This document shows, one piece after another, positions 1 to 11,730 of a DNA stretch of 64,000 nucleotides. The translations under genes and the position numbers were made by a program. The notes under the pieces were generated by a model. It had not been told where the DNA came from. It ran no database searches and saw nothing but the letters and a program-made list of their open reading frames with translations. The stretch covers positions 62,001 to 126,000 of the forward strand of contig JBDOQK010000001.1 of the NCBI GenBank assembly GCA_040437565.1, given 5' to 3'. Every line of letters starts with the position of its first letter. Positions within the stretch are counted from its first letter, which is position 1. The stretch comes from Albugo candida (lineage: Eukaryota).

Positions 1-99
1 GCTATGGAAGTATCCAAAAATGGCTGGACTTGGGTGAAGGATTTCATGATCAAGTAATCAATAAGAATTGAATATTCGTTTTGATATAATTGCACGATC

Positions 100-560
100 A
101 CGTGTGCACTGGATATGAGAACTTCACTTTAACGTGTTTCGCTAAATTTCAAGAACTATTATATTGCCTTGTCTCTGCCGACTTCTAGAAAAATAGTAGA
201 AATTGTCCATAAACAGTGTCCATTCACAATGGCCATTGACCTACCTCGTCCTTGCCTGCAAAGGATCAATTAAGGCACAAACCTTTGATATAATCTCTGT
301 AACCAACAGTATTGCTAAGGTTTATTGCACATTAGGTACGCCCCAGCAAGCTGATGGAACTTACTTTACAAAGGTTTTCGAGCACCAAATGAGCCTCATA
401 TAAAGTGAACAAGAGGCAAACCATCGATCTCATTCATCAACAAGAAGGAGACCTCATTGCATGAATTTGTGAAACACGGCAAAGGTGTAGAAGGTGTGGT
501 CGAATTAGGCACAACATCAGCACCTGTCCAAGATGGAGAAAACCAGGGGGTTTCCCATTA
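100..560 (+). mobile_element. Degenerate transposon remnant with a CCHC zinc knuckle (MULE transposase C-terminus or retroelement gag-like)
   Basis: Bases 486-527 translate to CRRCGRIRHNISTC (CX2CX4HX4C). The surrounding frames are broken by stops, so the family assignment is uncertain. Confidence 0.3.
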
Positions 561-774
561 ATTGGAGATGTTGTTAGGTATAAAGACAGCTGTAGAATTT
601 CGTTTAATTTTTACAGAGTTTTGTGTCTACTATTTGTGTCGTAATAAAATTTTCGGGCTTTTGTTTGAGTCTACAAGAAACGTATTGGGATTAATAGACA
701 CGAAAAAGAAACCCATATAGAATGCTCGTTCAACACTCCATTGGCTGCTTAATTGTCGATTTAGCAATTTATTC

Positions 775-877
775 CTAAAATTGAACAAGAAATCATGTTT
801 ACGATCAAGCAAAAGCAAACGGACCTTTCCGTGTTGCTTTTGCTTGATCGTAAACATGATTTCTTGTTCAATTTTAG
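775..877. repeat. Long inverted repeat (foldback) with 44-bp perfect arms
   Basis: 775-818 ctaaaattgaacaagaaatcatgtttacgatcaagcaaaagcaa is the exact reverse complement of 834-877. The right arm runs into an N gap. Confidence 0.9.
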
Positions 878-977
878 NNNNNNNNNNNNNNNNNNNNNNN
901 NNNNNNNNNNNNNNNNNNNNNNNNNNNNNNNNNNNNNNNNNNNNNNNNNNNNNNNNNNNNNNNNNNNNNNNNNNNNN

Positions 978-3430
978 CTGAACTATTTCTCGCGGACGAT
1001 TCGACATTGATTTCGAAAGCAGTAATTGGGGTTTTGACGCAAACCGAACTCGTTCAAGTCAACATTTTTTATGATGAGTTTGGTGCATGGTTTCGACGAG
1101 CACAATATTAGACGATACTTTTACCTGACAGGTCGTCAAGGGCTTGCGCTTCAACTGCAAGACCTATTACATGTGAAATACAACCTCATCTGAACGGCTG
1201 TTTGGTAATAACATGGCAGATGGGATTAGGAGAGACGGTCACTACGTGGACTAGACGGACGTTATGTGAAACGTGATATAGGCAAGTTTGTAATGCTGTT
1301 GCACATGCATGTTGTAGTGTTGACAAAAAATGTTAATGCCAANNNNNNNNNNNNNNNNNNNNNNNNNNNNNNNNNNNNNNNNNNNNNNNNNNNNNNNNNN
1401 NNNNNNNNNNNNNNNNNNNNNNNNNNNNNNNNNNNNNNNNNNTTCGATGGATCTGTTGCAAAACCCAACTTGAGCAAATTATCTTTGCTCTCGTTGAATC
1501 GAACGATTTCGTGTCCACGTATACCCAATTTGACCATAATGGGTCCGGAGGATTCGGTCAAGTATTTGAGTATTCCGTTTGGCGAGACACCAAATGATTC
1601 GATGCTTTTTTCAACTCTCGAAATTTTTATGATGAGTTTGGTGCATGGTTTTGACGAGTACGAATTGTCCGTGGTCGACTACTGGTAGCGCGGACGATGA
1701 TTTAAGCACGTCTGTGGCATTACGCGATGCACGTGGACATACGAGCGGAGACTATTCAACAGTGGAAATAGATGTTAAATCTATTTGTGCTTGGTCGGAA
1801 ACACAAAAAGATTCGAAGCACGTCCACCTACTCAGCAAAGAATTTTTATATCTTTGTCGACAAGATGGTGAACTACTATTCGATGCGTCGACAATGATTC
1901 CCGCGAACTGGACTTCTACTTCGGCGGAATTTTTACAACTTATTCAACCTTCCTTTGGACCACAAAAGCCGATGGATCTACTCACCATCGTACCACATCG
2001 ACATGGGAAAATGGTTCAAAATATTTTCTTGGTAGAAACAAGCGTTTGCAATCTGGCATCAGATAGATTTGAGCATTACAATTCTAGATTTGACAGTTCT
2101 CCAACGCCGTCAGTCCTTCATGGAATAACCGATGTAGTTTCACTGCGACCAAAAATTACATCATGAATCTGCTAATCGGAATCCGAGTACTAAAAACGTT
2201 TTGGTACAATCTTGGCATGGTGGACAAACCGTATCGCACTGTTCGGAATTGTTCACCACAGCTTTAGAGATTCGAAGTGTTCAAGACCTCTTTCGAGAAT
2301 GCAACACAGGGCCGACAAAGGAAAACTTCGTCGACATTTATTACAACTACGAAGAGCTAAACAGTGGTTATGGCTGAAGAAAAGTTGCTGAGTCGACTTA
2401 ACAGTAAATTCACTCAGATACTACAGCGTATCCACTGGACGATTGGTTTCATCACTTGGATCCATTCAAAGGCAAGTGGCAGACCGTTGTATGTGGGAGT
2501 ACACAGCAAACAGAGTAAACATTATTTCCCATCTATTCCACGCGCTCACCTCTCACGAATCGTCTGGAAACAATATCGAACCAACCAAGAGTTATCCGAC
2601 GTAGACACATTGGTGATCACTGGAGAGGTCGGACGCACTGGATTCATTATGAGTTGGAAAATTTCTGGTTCCATCAAGGTATCTTCGGAAACGTATCTTA
2701 CCCATTTTCGAAGCTTTACAGTTTCTTCTGACCTTTCGGATGTTGCCAGCTGGATCTCGTTTCTGGTTATTTAAGGATATCCAGCCCGACATTACATTGT
2801 GTACGTAGACTTCGTGTGGCGCAGTAAAATCAGATCAAGATCTATTTTTAGAGCGCGATCACACGGCACAATTATGGAGGGAGCTACTCCCTACTTGGGA
2901 TCAGTTATTCTCATCCCGACCACGGTGGACGCATATTGCATGTGCCATTATATCAACACTTCGGTCGACATGAAAAAAACATCAGCAAATTATATCCGAT
3001 TTATGGCTTGCATTCCAAATGGTGACGTATCACTTTGTCTGGGCAAATCGGAAACGTCGTTTGTTCGATCAGCGATTAGCACCTTCGACAATTCCAGCAC
3101 TTTCAGTGATCTACACCTCGTTCAGTGCGCACTTTCGCTATTCCGACGGCAGTGTCACGATCAAGACGAACGCATTCGCCTTGCAAAGGTGCTAGGTCCT
3201 TTCGCAACGAAAGGATCATTCGGTGAATTATTTCAAATGTCAAGAATTATTGGTGCGAGTCCGGCATTGTCAAGTAGGAACGTAAGCGCAATGACGACCC
3301 TAGTCCTAGCTGGGTGGCTTCGTTCAGCCTAATGTAGCGGACACCCATTTGTATAACACGATACTTTTACAAGATAGCCTAGGCAACTAGAGAAGTCAGT
3401 TAGGTTTGATTCTAGTGATACAGACACCTT
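978..3430 (+). mobile_element. Decayed non-LTR retrotransposon (L1/Tx1-like LINE): C-terminal part of ORF2 and 3' end
   Basis: Late RT motifs DGSVAKPNLSK...VKYLSIPFG (cf. SGAKLNxxK...YLG) at ~1446-1583. A post-RT motif FYDEFGAW occurs twice (~1068 and ~1625). A zf-RVT-like segment FRMLPAGSRFWLFKDIQPDITLC...CGAVKSDQDLF lies at ~2735-2850. Many stops and frameshifts. The terminal 60 bp (3371-3430) recur at 15112-15170. Confidence 0.7.
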
Positions 3431-3463
3431 GTATTGAGAATGCTCCCTACCTTTATATTTGTA

Positions 3464-4566
3464 GGCTGTGGGTAATCTGCCAATCTAGAAAACAGCTCGA
3501 AAAGAAATATTGTCTTTCTGCCTACTTGTAGTGACGAAGCGACCCTTCAACTTTGCTTGGTCTTCGTTGATGTCATGAACCGTTGATTAGTCATCCCCAT
3601 CCTGTTCAATGACGTGAAAGGTACCCCACCCTGATCATGGCGGTGTAGGTGTTCGAATTCGACTGACGTTGAAGTTGTGCATGTGGATTCTGGAGGATAT
3701 TTCCTTTGTTAGGGTGATGCGTGCCGTGCTTTCTACCTATCAAGGAGCATAATCATGCAAGTACTTAGCTTTATAACGATTGGCGGATACATTAATTTTT
3801 CTCTAGTACACTCCATTTTTTTTCCTATGAGAACAACCAGCGGTCCGAGGGCCGTCTCTGCGTCGAGCTTGTCTGTCTAACAGTAGGTGGTACAGGTGGC
3901 ACATTTGAGTCTACCATTGTCTCATCTAGGGAAAAGATGTCGAAACGGCCAGAGCTCATCAGAATTGCAACAAGTGCTTGCGCAAAGAAGAGGCTACACC
4001 AAATGCGCAACTCCCCGTGGATATCCAAAGCCTAAAGCATCGGATATTGCGGCAAAATCCGATATCTACCTAGTAGATTACACGGCTTGATTTGTTGTTT
4101 CCAGCAAACTTGAGGCAGCACGGCCCTTTATTATTTCGAAAGCGATTTTCCAGATGTTTCAAGAAACGGGTCAGGCATTAACCCGCATCTCCGATGAAAA
4201 ATTGTTGACATCTCTCCTCCGGAATCATGGTAACTAGGTGCTTGAGTCTATCTCAGATAGCCATTATAGTAAACAGGTCTTTAAGATTTAAGGAGGGGAT
4301 GTGCGAGTGACGTTCACATCCACGGACTCGTATGAACAACTCGAGTGCCAGTCGTTCTACTACTTTGCATCTTTGACGTACCCCGAAGAATTTTTTTGCG
4401 TTAGATTAATCTGAGAATTTATCGCCTTAGGCAAACAACCCTTTCCTGTGCTGTACAACTGCTGACAAAGTGACCACGTTTCCGTCAACGTTGGTCATAG
4501 TGCTTGGATTTGCAGGTGACAATACGGGACTCATGAAAGGAAAAAAAGCACGCCTGAACAATAGAC
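3464..4566 (+). mobile_element. 5' part of a second LINE of the same family, cut off at the copia LTR
   Basis: 3464-3550 aligns with 14509-14655 (shared gccaat.tag.aaaacagctcgaaaa and cttgtagtgacg). It is followed by broken ORF1-like reading frames. Confidence 0.45.
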
Positions 4567-4745
4567 TGTTTTTGCTGGCACTATTCAAGCGTCAAGTAAA
4601 TGAGAAACTAAATGTATTTCGAGCTTATGAACTTTGAGTTACCTCGTATGTCCGTTAAAATCGATCACTTAAGTACACTCATGATGTAGTCCACCCGTTC
4701 ATAGGGTCGCTTTCTCATCACCAGTCGCGTCGCGCCCTTTCAACA
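4567..4745 (-). repeat. 3' LTR of the copia element
   Basis: TGTT...CAACA termini; similar to 9512-9699. The adjacent ctccttccc (4746-4754) is the polypurine tract on the minus strand. Confidence 0.8.
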
Positions 4746-7700
4746 CTCCTTCCCGAAATGTCCTTAGACCAGTGAGATTATCTCGCGCAGCTCTGTCAAT
4801 CGCGGCGCAACGAATGTCTCGGTGATGATGTCAGCTCGTACGAAATGCGACTCAAACTACACCACCCTAATTATATTCAGCTTGCTGTGATCTTTGAGGA
4901 TCTTGATACGTACAGCGATGTGTTTTGCTCTTCCTGCGCTGTCTTCAACCTTGTATTTGCTTAATCGCACCTTGGTTGTCGACATGCATTAGCGTCGGCT
5001 TGATCACGAGCAATCCAATTTCACCAAGCAATTCTTTCAGTCCTATCATGTCACTTGCCACCTGTGATGCAGCTACAAACTCGTCCTCCATCGTAGATAA
5101 CGCCACGCTCACCTGTTTTCGTCACGTCCAGCCGACAACCATATCATTTTAACACATATCACTCCACTTATAGATTCTGATTCACGCGGTCTGACGCATA
5201 ATCCACATCGCTTCAGCCTTCAAGAACGCCTTTTTGTGAACTATGGTTTCCGATTCTTCCTCTTAAAACAAACTACATGTCGACGCTTCCCTTCAAATAA
5301 TGAACAATTCGCTTTGCTCACCGCCAATCGCGGTTCCTAGGCGCATGCGCTCGCCGGGTAGCCCGGTGCACAGCGAATGTCCCTTCGTGTACGTCGAACA
5401 ACCACATGTAGACTTCCAATGACCGATTGAAACATCTTCAAAGTCGACCATTCTGGTGCACCATCATCGTCACCTGGTAGAAAATCTCCATTGTCTTCTC
5501 CGTCTTGTTCTTCGACAAGAAGTGCACGTGAAGAATTAGCCTGCTTCAGACATAGTCGAGCAAGCACTTCGCGAATGCACTGCGTTTGCTCCAGCAGATA
5601 CCCAGTATCCTTGGCATACGTCACATCAATGTCCAAAATGTCCAAAAACTCAGTCACTTCACCGAGATCCTTTACCTCCAGTACCTTTATGTCACTGGAG
5701 AATTGATTTACGCCGAAGAACCTTTTGACAATTACCAAAACTTCGTCCACGTAGACACCCACCAGCGTGATTTATCACCCTTCGAGTATAAACAATTGTC
5801 AGTGTAGCACTGTACTCATCCAAGCTTCACAAGTGTATTATGCAGCAGCTGTGCTCACAACCGTCCAGCCTGCTTCAGCCCGTACAAGCTTCACTGCGCC
5901 CAGGATCTTTAATTCATCCTCGTCTAACTCCATTCCCCGCGGCAGGTGAAGCGCGATCTCGAGGACTCTTCTATTTCTGATTTACCATAAGCATTAGGAG
6001 CATCACCGTGACGAGCATCCCCCCCCATTCTCGCGGCAATGCCAGCACTACTTTTCTGTCGTTATTGCCTTCACGGCACTTAATCTCATGGTGTAATTCA
6101 CACCATATGCCTTCTCTTTTCCACAGGCCGCGAGTCTCGCCTTAAATCGCTCCAGCGTCCCATCTACGTGTCTTTTGGTCTTGAACACTCATTTAGAATG
6201 TAGCAGCTTCTGGCCAGGACTTTGGAGTGTTACTTCCCACGTTCATTTGATTTTAAGGATTCAATTATGCAACGCATTGCTTCGCGCCATTGCGTAGCAT
6301 CTTCAGAGTGTACCGCTTCCCTGTATGTCTTCGAATCTTCTACCAAGTAGGCCATTGCAACGGTACATGATTAGATGCCACGTGACAAGCGGTCATATGC
6401 GTTTCATCAAAGTCCTCTGAGTGGGCATCGCCTTTCTCACCGGCAGATTATTCTTGACTTCTTCCTTTCACCGCGTGTTCTACACTTAGATGATCTCTTG
6501 GAAGTGCCAATGCACTCCTTCCGCTTCGCAGTTTACTCTCTTTCTTCCATAGCTAGGTTCAATTCAGTATCCTCCCTGCAGAGATGTTTCTAACATTGCC
6601 AATTTCCATCAATGTTCATGGTCTCCACATTTTTAATATGCTGCGTCGTGATGGCCAATCGTTCGCGTCGTATATAAACCTTGAATCCTTTTTTATCGTC
6701 CTTCTTCCCGACAATTATCCCGACCTGGCGCTCAGTTTCCACGTTTCCTTCCTGGATGGTGACAAGCCGTGCCGAGCTTCCAAAAACGACGACATCAGTA
6801 ATACTGGTCTTCTTACCAGTCAGGGCTTCCATTGGAGAATGCCGCTTGAAATTCGCGCTGCCTGGTCTGCGATTTATAATATAAGTTGCGTATTGCACTG
6901 CATCACCCCAGAAGTGCAACGCAAGCCACTGGCAAATATCATGCACCGTGCCATATTGAGAAAAGTACTGTGCATTGGTTCTTCCTTTCCTTTAAATGCT
7001 TGATTGCCAGCTTCAGTCACTTGTCTGGTCACTCCAATCACCTTAGAAACATGCAGACGTTTCGATATTCACCACCATCGTCGGTTCTGAGGATGTGCAT
7101 CTTGAAATCAAAAGTGCGCTAGAAAAAGGTTAGAAAGTGTTCAAACATCTTCGCAGTCAGATCCTTCTTCTGCGCAACAAATACTCTGCAATAGATTGAC
7201 GTCTGGTCAACAAAGCTGATCATATACCGGTTACCGCATCGGTCCGTTGGAGTCATGAGACTCTTTAGGTCCCCCTTCCAATACGAACAATCGGGGGAAA
7301 AGTCTCGCTATCCTTCTTTGACTGTGCCACTTAGATTGCTTCCCTTGGGCGCAGGTAATGCAGCTTTGGCGCTTCCTGTCGATTTTTTCAGCGGACAAGC
7401 TTTCACTGTCTGCCATATTCTCAACTGTATCATACATGAGATGACCGAGGCACTTGCGCCGTTCCAAAAGTGTGCACTTCACCAATCCACTAGATATACC
7501 ATCAGTATCTGAAGCAATCAAGGCAGCATACACTGCTTCGTTCCTTTTCGGTGCAGCCTCTTCACTCCGTGTACACACGAGTAGCACGTTATTTTCCTTT
7601 TGAACCTCAAAAACTCGTTCTCCATCACTAGTAAGCTTTGAATAGTGACGTCCGTTTTCGTAGCTCAGCGGAATCCGCTTTCTTCGGGTTTACAGTATGA

Positions 7701-9511
7701 TAGCAGATTGTTGGTGAGGTCATTTGCATAGCAGATGTCGGCCAATGTATCAATCTTGTAACACCGTCCATGGATGCTCGCAACGAGGCTTGCCCCCCTT
7801 CGTGACCTTGATAGCTTTACCTTCAGCGAATTTACACTCGTCAAAGCAATCTGCTGAGTCTATCAGCATGCTGACGTCCATCACCAGATGCCTGCTGGCG
7901 CCACTATCGATAATTCACTGCTCCCCACCATGTATGGTGGTACCAGCACTAAGGCAAATAAGGGCTATTTACCACCATTTTTTGTTCTTGCACTCTCTCT
8001 TGATATGCCCTATCTGGTTACACCCCCCGCATCGCCTCCCATCACCGGAAATTAATGTATTTTTCGTAACATTAGCAGCGAGAGCATTACTTCTTCCTAT
8101 GGCCATACACTAAGGGCATGTGCGCCTGCATCATGTTGAAACGTACTGGTGAAGTCCGCCATCTCCCATGCCTTCTTGAGATTGTCATTACGACGACGAT
8201 CGAGTCGCGTTTGCATGGCTCGTTTCACCTCCGTCGTGGCCCCTTCGCATATGTATTGGAACAAAAAACGATCCGGTCAGCTCTCCGAGCTTGCTACGGC
8301 GACCAGGTACTAATGCTGCTCCGTACAAGACCGATCGTTCAGCTTACGAGCCCGCATAAATCGTGTGGATTTCTCCACAGTGATTTCTCGATCGTACACG
8401 TCCATCATCTTGCTTATTGAGTGTTCAGTTGTAGACACTTCTGATGCCCAGACTTCTTTCATCTTGTCGAAAGCTTCCTTGCCATTTCATAGAGATTCCG
8501 ATTAATTATCCTTATCTAGTATTCTCCAGCCCATTTTACCTTCACTTAAGAGTTGGGCCGCGCCAAGCTCGTCCAGTAACTGTAATCCTCAGTCCCTACA
8601 CCCAACTCAGGTCCTTTGTATTCTTCTTTTACATTGGAGCGATCAATATGCAGCTTTATGTCCTTGACGGTCGGCATCTTGATCCCATAGTCTTGNNNNN
8701 NNNNNNNNNNNNNNNNNNNNNNNNNNNNNNNNNNNNNNNNNNNNNNNNNNNNNNNNNNNNNNNNNNNNNNNNNNNNNNNNNNNNNNNNNNNNNNNATCTT
8801 GCTTATTGAGTGTTCAGTTGTAGACACTTCTGATGCCCAGACTTCTTTCATCTTGTCGAAATGCTTCCTTGCCATTTCATAGAGATTCCGATTAATTATC
8901 CTTATCTAGTATTCTCCAGCCCATTTTACCTTCACTTAAGAGTTGGGCCGCGCCAAGCTCGTCCAGTAACTGTAATCCTCAGTCCCTACACCCAACTCAG
9001 GTCCTTTGTATTCTTCTTTTACATTGGAGCGATCAATATGCAGCTTTATGTCCTTGACGGTCGGCATCTTGATCCCATAGTCTTGTGGCAGGTAGACGTT
9101 CTGCCTCGGCTGTGCGTAAGCTTGCACCGTAGGCTGAACCGTAGGGAGAAACTGCTTTTGATTCTGCTGCATTCCAAACGGCGCTTGCATGTGCGAATCC
9201 GCTTCGGTCCGGTTCCTTTCAGCAGCCACGAAGGGACTGAAAGAACTCCAACCATTTTCCATACGTGTATCCGGGTCTGCGAGAGTTATCTGGGCCTTCC
9301 CGCGCCTTCCCCGCCAAGCACCGCATCAGATTCCCAATGAGTTTTCTCGCGTCTATCCAGACGATCAGCACCATGCTCTTAGGTCCAGGACCCTCTCGCT
9401 TGAGAGATATCCGCGCCGTCGCTTGTCGTCTCATCGACCGCATGTGGGCCCAGAGGACCGAGCGGAGCTTCCAGAGGCTCTTGGGGGAGGGGGGGGCGTG
9501 GGCTCATAACC

Positions 9512-9699
9512 TGTTAGTGGCTGGCACTAGTTCAGCGTCAAGTGAATGGGAAACTAAATTTATTTTGAGCTTATGATCTTCGAGTTACCTCGTATGTCCG
9601 TTAGCATCGATCACTCATGTACACCCATAAGGTGCTCCGCCCGTTCTCAGAATAGACCACCGTAGTGGTGTCACAACGGGGGAAGACCTCTTATCAACA
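9512..9699 (-). repeat. 5' LTR of the copia element with adjacent primer-binding site
   Basis: TGTT...TCAACA termini. Immediately inside, 9500-9511 reads GGTTATGAGCCC on the minus strand, the half-tRNA-iMet type PBS known from copia. Confidence 0.8.
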
Positions 9700-11436
9700 G
9701 CAGTTGGGGCAGAGAGTTGAAAGGAATGAATCTGGCGAAAGTAATACCATACGTGAACGATGGCGATGCGACCATGCAGCTGATTCGAGATGATACTGTT
9801 GTATAGACAATGTTTTGTACCAATTACATTATGTCAACAGCTGACTCGTTACCAGTCAGTAACAGCCATTATGCAACCCTGATACGACGTAGTTGGCGTA
9901 TTGCGTATCTGATCTCACTTTTGACTCACACGCACAGATTCGGCGTGACTTTTTCCTTATGGCACACCAAAATTTCGAGAAACAACGGCTTATGACGAAA
10001 TTTCTACTCACACATCCCAACGAAATATCATGGAACTATATAAGTCAAAACTCGACGCAAATCGACAATCCAGAACCTCTCTCTGTTCAAGTCTCATATA
10101 TATATCAGTACATCCTCGTCATCTATCTCTGCTATGCTGTTCATGGCTGATATTTTTCTACGCAATATTCACTGTGTTTGGGTGTCACGATTGTAACGCA
10201 CTTGTCAGCATTCATGTGTATGCCATCTCATACGAATGCATAAAATGGATGAAAACATTGAAGAGTAATGGATCCTTTTCCCTTTATTTGCGGACGAAAC
10301 CCGTTGAAAAGTGATCAAGTTATCAATATGTGCTTCCTAATCACTTGTCGCCTGTTCTGTATAGCTGATTGAAATTCTCAAAGTAAACCGCTTTTGATCT
10401 ACACTCCTATTCAGCGCATCGATGCGCACAGTTGATAGAGATTCAAGCACATCCTAATTTTAAGTATCATCATACAAACAACCTGAAATGGCTTAAACGC
10501 GATGTCGCTTCGTTTCAAAGATGTACTTGTAGTTCCAACTAGCGAGGCCGGTAAATTAATGAGAGTGAGCGCGATGGTAGCATATTGCTTGGAGCCCATC
10601 AATTCATCGATCGTACCCAATGCCCTAGCACCCGTATCCAAATGCATTTTGTCTTCCCCACACGTGTTTTTCCAATATAATCAGGCTAATGGCTTTTAAA
10701 GATCGTAATTGCTCCAGCCTGACGCATCTCATGCCCATCGTGAGCGTCCCGATGGCGTCTTGAAATTCTTTCTTTTTTTTCAAAAAAAAAGATAGAGTTC
10801 GATTCGAACATGTTGAAAAAGTGACACATCTTTTGCTTTATCCAAAAGACACGCGAGGATAGTAGAACGATATCGATCAGGCCACTGCGCATGCGATAAG
10901 AATGTGCATATATTCGTGGGACGTATTATATTTCTATTCTTGCTTCTATTTTGATCACATCAAGTAAATCGGCTCAAAAAAACTTGACGTTATTAAGTAC
11001 TAACGACGCGTTAAAAATCGTACAGAATAGTTGCTCATATTTTCCTGTGCATTTATTTGTAGACACTCATTTCTTTTATATCTCTTAGATATGCTCCTGG
11101 AAATCCTTAAGAAGTGAGAGCGTGAGCTTGGTCACAATGATACTGTTTAATCGAAGCTATTTAATCCGCAACTAGGTACAATTCATCACATTTTTGATGA
11201 TATCTATTCCGATGGAGTGGAAGTACTACCCCCAAATTCTCATTCGGGCGCTCGCTATCGTCAATTATTTTTTGGTTGGTGAAGTTGGCACCCTATCCCT
11301 TCGATTTTTTAGCATTACCACGGAGCTGCGTTCATTTTCTCTCATCATGAGTTTCTTTAGCAGATTTATAATCGTAAGTGTCTTTTGAATCTTCTGAGCA
11401 TCTGATTGATACTCGACTATGCCTCACTGTCTTCCA

Positions 11437-11730
11437 TTATACTCTCGTCGTCATCCCAGAAGCGTTCGACTCTTCTTTTTTTCGTCTCTGGTACCTTTTA
11501 AGCGACTTTTTGTCGGATTGCATACCACTCCTTTGAATTTTTGCCTCTGCTCTTCGAAGCATTATCAGCATCAGCTTGTAGAAAGCGTCATGGCTCATGG
11601 AAGCCAGCACGATATCGAGATACTGATTGGCTTTTCGATCAGCTTGACTCTCAATCAGTGCCGCGCGTTTTGACTCAAATTCTTCCTCACTTGGACCCTC
11701 TTGCCTCAAGAACTCTGCGACATGTGACTG
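11437..11730 (-). pseudogene. BART (ARL2-binding)-like domain fragment; last exon or pseudogene
   Basis: VAEFLRQEGPSEEEFESKRAALIE...YLDIVLASMSHDAFYKLM resembles the C-terminal half of the BART domain. No convincing upstream exons were found. Confidence 0.4.

Larger units (their letters stand above)
4567..9699 (-). mobile_element. Decayed Ty1/copia LTR retrotransposon
   Basis: Minus-strand order: gag; zinc knuckle CGGCNQIGHIKREC (~7990-8031); protease IIDSGASRHLV (~7883-7915); GAG-pre-integrase; integrase (LRTDDGGEY; FWGDAVQYATYIINR); RT (GVYVDEVLV, VKDLGEV); RNase H. Integrase before RT indicates copia. Many stops. Confidence 0.92.
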
